A stretch of DNA of 64,000 nt from Prorocentrum cordatum (Eukaryota), in assembly GCA_963575745.1 (NCBI GenBank), contig CAUYUJ010000179.1:1-64000 (forward strand). The letters are read 5' to 3'. Both the position numbers and the translations under genes were made by a program. Each line of letters opens with the position of its first letter. The first letter of the stretch is position 1. Under the pieces are notes generated by a model. That model ran no database searches. It saw only the letters and a list, made by a program, of their open reading frames with translations, and was not told the DNA's origin. This document shows positions 55,641 to 64,000 of this stretch, piece by piece.

Positions 55641-56522
55641 CGACCGAGGACGACGGTTATGATGCTGCTGCTGCGGTGATGGTGATGATGATGATGATGA
55701 TGATGCTGCTGATGATGATGATGATGATGATGATGATAATGGTGTTGTTGGTGGTGGTGGTGATGATGAGTGTCAGGGTTGTGATGATTATGGTGGTGGT
55801 AACCATGACGATGATGATTATTCTGGTTATGATTAGCGGCCTGTTGATGACATCGAGAGTTGGGTTACCAGACGAAGGATGATGGTATTGCCAAGCTGAT
55901 TGCAGATTATAAGTGAGGGCTGGTGATGATGATGATGATGATGATGACGATGATGATGATACTGATGATGATTCTGATGATGGTGCTGTTGCTGATGATG
56001 GTGATGATGACGATGATGATGATGACGAGCATGTTGCCAACAAGTGCTAGCAGGGCATGAATGTATATTTTGATGCTGATGGTGATACGTGTGCTGACGA
56101 TGCGTATGATGATAATTCTGATGATGATGCTTGGGATGATGACGATGCTGCTGCTGATGATGCTGATGATGACGATGATGATGATGATGACGATGATGAT
56201 GACGACGATGCCGACAGTGGTGGTCGTGATGGTGATGCTGATAATGATGATGATGATGATGATGATGATGCTGCGTCGGATGCTGCTGCTGTTGATGCTG
56301 CTGATGATGCTGATGATGATGATGATGACGATGGTGATGATGATGATGATGATGCTGATGCTGATGCTGATGATGATGATGACACTGGGTTGATGGTGAT
56401 GATGCTGCTGTTGCGATGATGGTGGTGATGCTGATGCTGATGACGGTTATTATGCTGCTCCTGCGGCTGATGATGATGATGACAGTCATGATGATAATGA
56501 TGATTGTGATGATGATAATGAC

Positions 56523-56562
<40 letters not shown>

Positions 56563-56563
56563 T

Positions 56564-56595
<32 letters not shown>

Positions 56596-56601
56596 ATGAT
56601 T

Positions 56602-56670
<69 letters not shown>

Positions 56671-56676
56671 TTCATG

Positions 56677-57290
56677 ATTCCCTACCTAGGCTCTGCCTAG
56701 AAGGGCTCTTACTCTCTGGGCTTAAAGGGGCCGGGCAGTGAAAAGCGCCCCGGGCGGTTTCCCCATTATCCGCCCTGCGATTCCCCCAGTTACGTCCCTT
56801 AGCTCAGCGTTGCTTATCTCATCTTAGCTTAGCTTATTTCATCTTAGCTTAGCTTAGCTTCATCTTAGCTCAGGTTTATCTTAGCTTAGCTTCCCTTCAT
56901 CTTAGCTTCGCTGAGCTTTAGCATAGCATAGCATTAGCATGGGTGTAATTCCCTACCTAGGCTCTGCCTAGAGGGTTAGCTTAGCTTAGCTTAGCTTAGC
57001 TTAGCATAGCGCAGCACTGCATTAGCATAGCATAGCATAGCATAACATAGCCAAGCATAGCATAGCATAGCATAGCATAGCATAGCGCAGCATAGCATAG
57101 CATAGCACAGCATAGCATAGCATAGCGCAGCTTAGCATAGCATAGCTAGCATGGCACAGCGCAGCATGACATAGCATAGCATAGCTTAGCGCAGCATAGC
57201 ATAGCATAGCATAGCGCAGCACAGCATAGCATAGCATAGCATAGCATAGCGCAGCATAGCATGGCATGGCATAGCATAGCATAGCATATC
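56677..57290. repeat. ATTCCCTACCTAGGCTCTGCCTAG direct repeat (56677 and 56948), each followed by (CTTAG)n/(CATAG)n pentamers
   Basis: Direct reading. Confidence 0.85.
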
Positions 57291-57939
57291 TCCAATTTCT
57301 AGCTAGGGTCGCACTGGGATAATAATGCTGATGATGATGCGGATGGTAATGATGACGATAATGCGGATGATGATGCTGCTGATGATGATTATGATGATGA
57401 TGATGCTGATGATGATGATGATAGTGATGCTAGTGATGATATTCATGATAGTGATGATGATGGTGATGATGATGTCGATGATGATGGTGATGGTGACGGT
57501 GATGGTGATTGTGATACTGCTACTGCTGCTTCTGATGATGATGACGATTGTGATGGTAATGGTGATGGTAATAGTGATGGTGATGGTGATGGTGATGCTG
57601 CTGCTGATGGTGATGATGATAATGATGATGATGATGATGATGATGATGGTGGTGATCGTAATGACGAGGATGTTCTTGATTGGGACGATGCTAATGTTGA
57701 CGATAACGATGATGGTGATGAGGAAGATGATGATAACATTGGTGATGATGATGACGATGATGATGATGATGATGATGCTGGTGGTGGTGATGATAGTGAT
57801 GATGGTGGTGGTGATGATGATGATGATGGTGATGATGATTACTATGATGATGACGATGCTGCTGATGATGATGATGGTGATGATGGTGATGATGAAGATG
57901 AAGATGAAGATGAAGATGAAGATGAATCGATGATGATGC

Positions 57940-57975
<36 letters not shown>

Positions 57976-58351
57976 GTATCATTATTTTTGGAAGACGAGG
58001 CGCGGCATGAGGAGCTAAATGAGGAGGTGGCATGATGATGCTGGCAATCTCAAGCAGACGAACATAATGGGAGTACGTAATGGGAGTACGATTATTCACC
58101 GCAGGATGACATGCAATATGGTATGTTGCTGCTGATGGCGATCAGCCTGGCGATCATAATGAGGAAGACGGGGTTCAGTATGGTGGGATCGGGCTGCGGG
58201 GTGATAGTAAGGATGATGGTGTTGATGTCGATACTGAGGAGAAGCAGGATGAGGATGAGGATGATGAGGAGGAGGACGAGGAGGAGGAGAGGAGGAGGAG
58301 GAGCGTGGACACCATCGCCGCAGATGGGCCTCTGTGCCCTGGCACCGGCGG

Positions 58352-58416
58352 ACTACCTCTACAATTGGAAGTGCCCTAAGATCGATCCTGGCGGCGTCGG
58401 GTTGGTGCTTCTGTGA
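58352..58416 (+). CDS. NMT: N-myristoyltransferase last coding exon i (5' boundary non-canonical)
   Basis: Encodes (Y)YLYNWKCPKIDPGGVGLVLL-stop, the typical NMT C-terminus. Confidence 0.95.
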
Positions 58417-58417
58417 G

Positions 58418-60119
<1,702 letters not shown>

Positions 60120-61028
60120 GATCCAGCAGACCTGGCAGCGTGTGGAACCACCTCGTGCGGGCCCGCTGCGTGACTTGCTCCAGGATGCTTCAATGCGCGG
60201 GGCGGCGGCTCCCAATTGGCGCCGCTGTGTGCGCCTTCGTGGCCACGGCTGGATCCGCCTCGGATTTACAGTCGGGCCGCTCCCCAGGACGTCCCCTGAT
60301 CGCCGATCTGGGCCGGATCGGTCGTCGTCGTCGTCGTTGTCGTCGTCGTGGTCGTCGTGGTGGTGGTGGTGGTCGTCGTCGTCGTCTTCGTCGTCGTCGT
60401 CTTCGTCATCGTCGTCGCTGTCGTCGTTGCTGTCGTGGTCCTCTCTTCCTCCTTCGCAAACCTATTGTGGTGCAAGGGTGTTCCGTCGGCGTGCTCGAGG
60501 CCGTACAATCCTGCAACGTGTGCGCAGTTCGTGTAAGTAGCAGCCAGGCCCCATTTCGATCCGTTCGATCCGATCCGATGTCGATTCTGGCCAGCCCGAC
60601 CCGATTTTGTTCCAATGTTCGGGCGATCCGATGCGGGACCAGGGCTGTCGCGCACCCCGATTCGGTTCGATTCCGACTCAGTATTCTTGTAGCCCGATCC
60701 GACGGGCATTCCGATTCGATTTGGTTTCCCGATTCGATGCTGATTGATCCCCACCTCATGGGATGCATCAAAGGGGGAACCCACAGTGATCATGTGTTAC
60801 AAATGCGTTTGCAGATAGTCTGGGAGTCGAATTGGGATGCTTTGGCGTGGCGAGCGCACGAGGGCACCAGGCTTTACTAGAGTCTGTGAGAACATATTCA
60901 GTCGAGATTTTTTGCAGACAGCCGGAGACGAAAGCACATGCAGCTTGCAACGAACTGGCAGTCCTCGCATCTATTTCTGCGATGTGTCAAACTCGAGTTG
61001 GGCGTTTGTAGTGCATGCGGTGCTTGAA

Positions 61029-64000
61029 GCTGGGACGACTCTGCGCTTGCGTGCGAATCCGAGCGCTGACCGGATCGGGCGGTCTGTAGATCAAGCTCTG
61101 GGCGGGCCGCCTGTTGAAGGGACGATCGACGGAGGTGCTTTCCTGGTGGCACAGGTACTTGCAGTTCGTCTGCTTGCTGCGGGCCTCTCGGGTTCAGAGG
61201 TGTCGACGCGGGGTCAGCTCAAGACTCAGGGAAGTTTCTCACGGCGGCAGACGGGCTATCAGGCTCCGCTGCAGTGTTTTGAGCTGGGACGACCCTGCGC
61301 TTGCGTGCGGGTGTGGGCCCCCTTATCGCTGCAGACATCGGGTGGCCAGTAGATCAAGCCCCGGGCGGGCCGCCTGTTGAAGGGATGCTCGACGGAGGTG
61401 CTTTCCTGCTGGCACAGGTACTTGCAGGTGTCGACCCGGGGTCAGCTCAAGACTCAGGGAAGTTTCTCACGGCGGCAGACGGGCTATCAGGCTCCGCTGC
61501 AGTGTTTTGAGCTGGGACGACCCTGCGCTTGCGTGCGGGTGTGGGCCCCCTTATCGCTGCAGACATCGGGTGGCCAGTAGATCAAGCCCCGGGCGGGCCG
61601 CCTGTTGAAGGGATGCTCGACGGAGGTGCTTTCCTGCTGGCACAGGTACTTGCAGGTGTCGACGCGGGGTCAGCTCAAGACTCAGGGAAGTTTCTCACGG
61701 CGGCAGACGGGCTATCAGGCTCCGCTGCAGTGTTTTGAGCTGGGACGACCCTGCGCTTGCGTGCGGGTGTGGGCCCCCTTATCGCTGCAGACATCGGGTG
61801 GCCAGTAGATCAAGCCCCGGGCGGGCCGCCTGTTGAAGGGATGCTCGACGGAGGTGCTTTCCTGCTGGCACAGGTACTTGCAGGTGTCGACGCGGGGTCA
61901 GCTCAAGACTCAGGGAAGTTTCTCACGGCGGCAGACGGGCTATCAGGCTCCGCTGCAGTGTTTTGAGCTGGGACGACCCTGCGCTTGCGTGCGGGTGTGG
62001 GCCCCCTTATCGCTGCAGACATCGGGTGGCCAGTAGATCAAGCCCCGGGCGGGCCGCCTGTTGAAGGGATGCTCGACGGAGGTGCTTTCCTGCTGGCACA
62101 GGTACTTGCAGGTGTCGACGCGGGGTCAGCTCAAGACTCAGGGAAGTTTCTCACGGCGGCAGACGGGCTATCAGGCTCCGCTGCAGTGTTTTGAGCTGGG
62201 ACGACCCTGCGCTTGCGTGCGGGTGTGGGCCCCCTTATCGCTGCAGACATCGGGTGGCCAGTAGATCAAGCCCCGGGCGGGCCGCCTGTTGAAGGGATGC
62301 TCGACGGAGGTGCTTTCCTGCTGGCACAGGTACTTGCAGGTGTCGACGCGGGGTCAGCTCAAGACTCAGGGAAGTTTCTCACGGCGGCAGACGGGCTATC
62401 AGGCTCCGCTGCAGTGTTTTGAGCTGGGACGACCCTGCGCTTGCGTGCGGGTGTGGGCCCCCTTATCGCTGCAGACATCGGGTGGCCAGTAGATCAAGCC
62501 CCGGGCGGGCCGCCTGTTGAAGGGATGCTCGACGGAGGTGCTTTCCTGCTGGCACAGGTACTTGCAGGTGTCGACGCGGGGTCAGCTCAAGACTCAGGGA
62601 AGTTTCTCACGGCGGCAGACGGGCTATCAGGCTCCGCTGCAGTGTTTTGAGCTGGGACGACCCTGCGCTTGCGTGCGGGTGTGGGCCCCCTTATCGCTGC
62701 AGACATCGGGTGGCCAGTAGATCAAGCCCCGGGCGGGCCGCCTGTTGAAGGGATGCTCGACGGAGGTGCTTTCCTGCTGGCACAGGTACTTGCAGGTGTC
62801 GACGCGGGGTCAGCTCAAGACTCAGGGAAGTTTCTCACGGCGGCAGACGGGCTATCAGGCTCCGCTGCAGTGTTTTGAGCTGGGACGACCCTGCGCTTGC
62901 GTGCGGGTGTGGGCCCCCTTATCGCTGCAGACATCGGGTGGCCAGTAGATCAAGCCCCGGGCGGGCCGCCTGTTGAAGGGATGCTCGACGGAGGTGCTTT
63001 CCTGCTGGCACAGGTACTTGCAGGTGTCGACGCGGGGTCAGCTCAAGACTCAGGGAAGTTTCTCACGGCGGCAGACGGGCTATCAGGCTCCGCTGCAGTG
63101 TTTTGAGCTGGGACGACCCTGCGCTTGCGTGCGGGTGTGGGCCCCCTTATCGCTGCAGACATCGGGTGGCCAGTAGATCAAGCCCCGGGCGGGCCGCCTG
63201 TTGAAGGGATGCTCGACGGAGGTGCTTTCCTGCTGGCACAGGTACTTGCAGGTGTCGACGCGGGGTCAGCTCAAGACTCAGGGAAGTTTCTCACGGCGGC
63301 AGACGGGCTATCAGGCTCCGCTGCAGTGTTTTGAGCTGGGACGACCCTGCGCTTGCGTGCGGGTGTGGGCCCCCTTATCGCTGCAGACATCGGGTGGCCA
63401 GTAGATCAAGCCCCGGGCGGGCCGCCTGTTGAAGGGATGCTCGACGGAGGTGCTTTCCTGCTGGCACAGGTACTTGCAGGTGTCGACGCGGGGTCAGCTC
63501 AAGACTCAGGAAGTTTCTCACGGCGGCAGACGGGCTATCAGGCTCCGCTGCAGTGTTTTGAGCTGGGACGACCCTGCGCTTGCGTGCGGGTGTGGGCCCC
63601 CTTATCGCTGCACACATCGGGTGGCCAGTAGATCAAGCCCCGGGCGGGCCGCCTGTTGAAGGGATGCTCGACGGAGGTGCTTTCCTGCTGGCACACTTGC
63701 AGTTCGTCTGCCCACGGCCGTCCTGAGGTTCGGAAGAGTCGACGCAGGGTGAGCTCAAGACTCAAGAGTCTTCTCATGATGGCATACAGCTTATCAGGCG
63801 CCGCTGCAGTGTTTTGAGCTGGGACAACCCTGCGCTTGCGTGCGGGTGTGGGCCCCCTTATCGCTGCAGACATCGGGTGGCCAGTAGATCAAGCCCCGGG
63901 CGGGCCGCCTGTTGAAGGGATGCTCGACGGAGGTGCTTTCCTGCTGGCACACTTGCAGTTCGTCTGCCCACGGCCGTCCTGAGGTTCGGAAGTGTCGACG
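61029..64000. repeat. 228-bp satellite, about 13 copies, running off the window end
   Basis: Identical ORFs recur at exact 228-bp spacing (61529, 61757, 61985 and onward). The edge copies are diverged. Confidence 0.98.

Noticed and set aside
56800..57290. (CTTAG)n as an interstitial telomere
   Set aside because: It is not TTTAGGG or TTAGGG and it grades into (CATAG)n.
58349..58353. Phase-0 CG|G acceptor register (giving VVDSYV and FLQDYLY)
   Set aside because: It is acceptable at the first intron but puts Asp at a conserved aromatic position in the last exon. Disfavoured, though only cDNA can exclude it.
61029..64000. 228-bp unit (multiple of 3) as a repeat protein or CRISPR-like array
   Set aside because: The frames I examined have stops in every unit, the ORF track shows no long ORF there, and there are no variable spacers or cas genes.

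Overview
Repeat-saturated eukaryotic DNA, most likely from a dinoflagellate nucleus (GT/GC/GA donors, AG|G acceptors, huge microsatellite-filled introns). Nearly all ORFs in the supplied track are microsatellite artefacts. The one host gene is the 3' part (about 165 codons) of a + strand glycylpeptide N-myristoyltransferase (NMT), split into nine tiny exons (11-117 nt) from 2860 to 58416. The joined peptide is [114 protein letters not shown](A)[51 protein letters not shown]. The key observation is that two introns (21.5 kb and 3.4 kb), and possibly a third, cannot be spliced with G[T/C/A]-AG ends. The two share the boundary motif T|ATCCG...CCGGCGG|A(T/C) inside Tyr codons and have complementary termini, which suggests a class of structure-defined non-canonical introns. 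The introns contain a decayed APE-type LINE (ORF2 in frame behind a single TAG), a second LINE-like remnant, an RT remnant of DIRS/LTR type, a TA-flanked MITE/foldback element, head-to-tail (AAC)n-tailed repeat modules and several minisatellites. A 228-bp satellite lies downstream of the gene. There are two 100-N assembly gaps.
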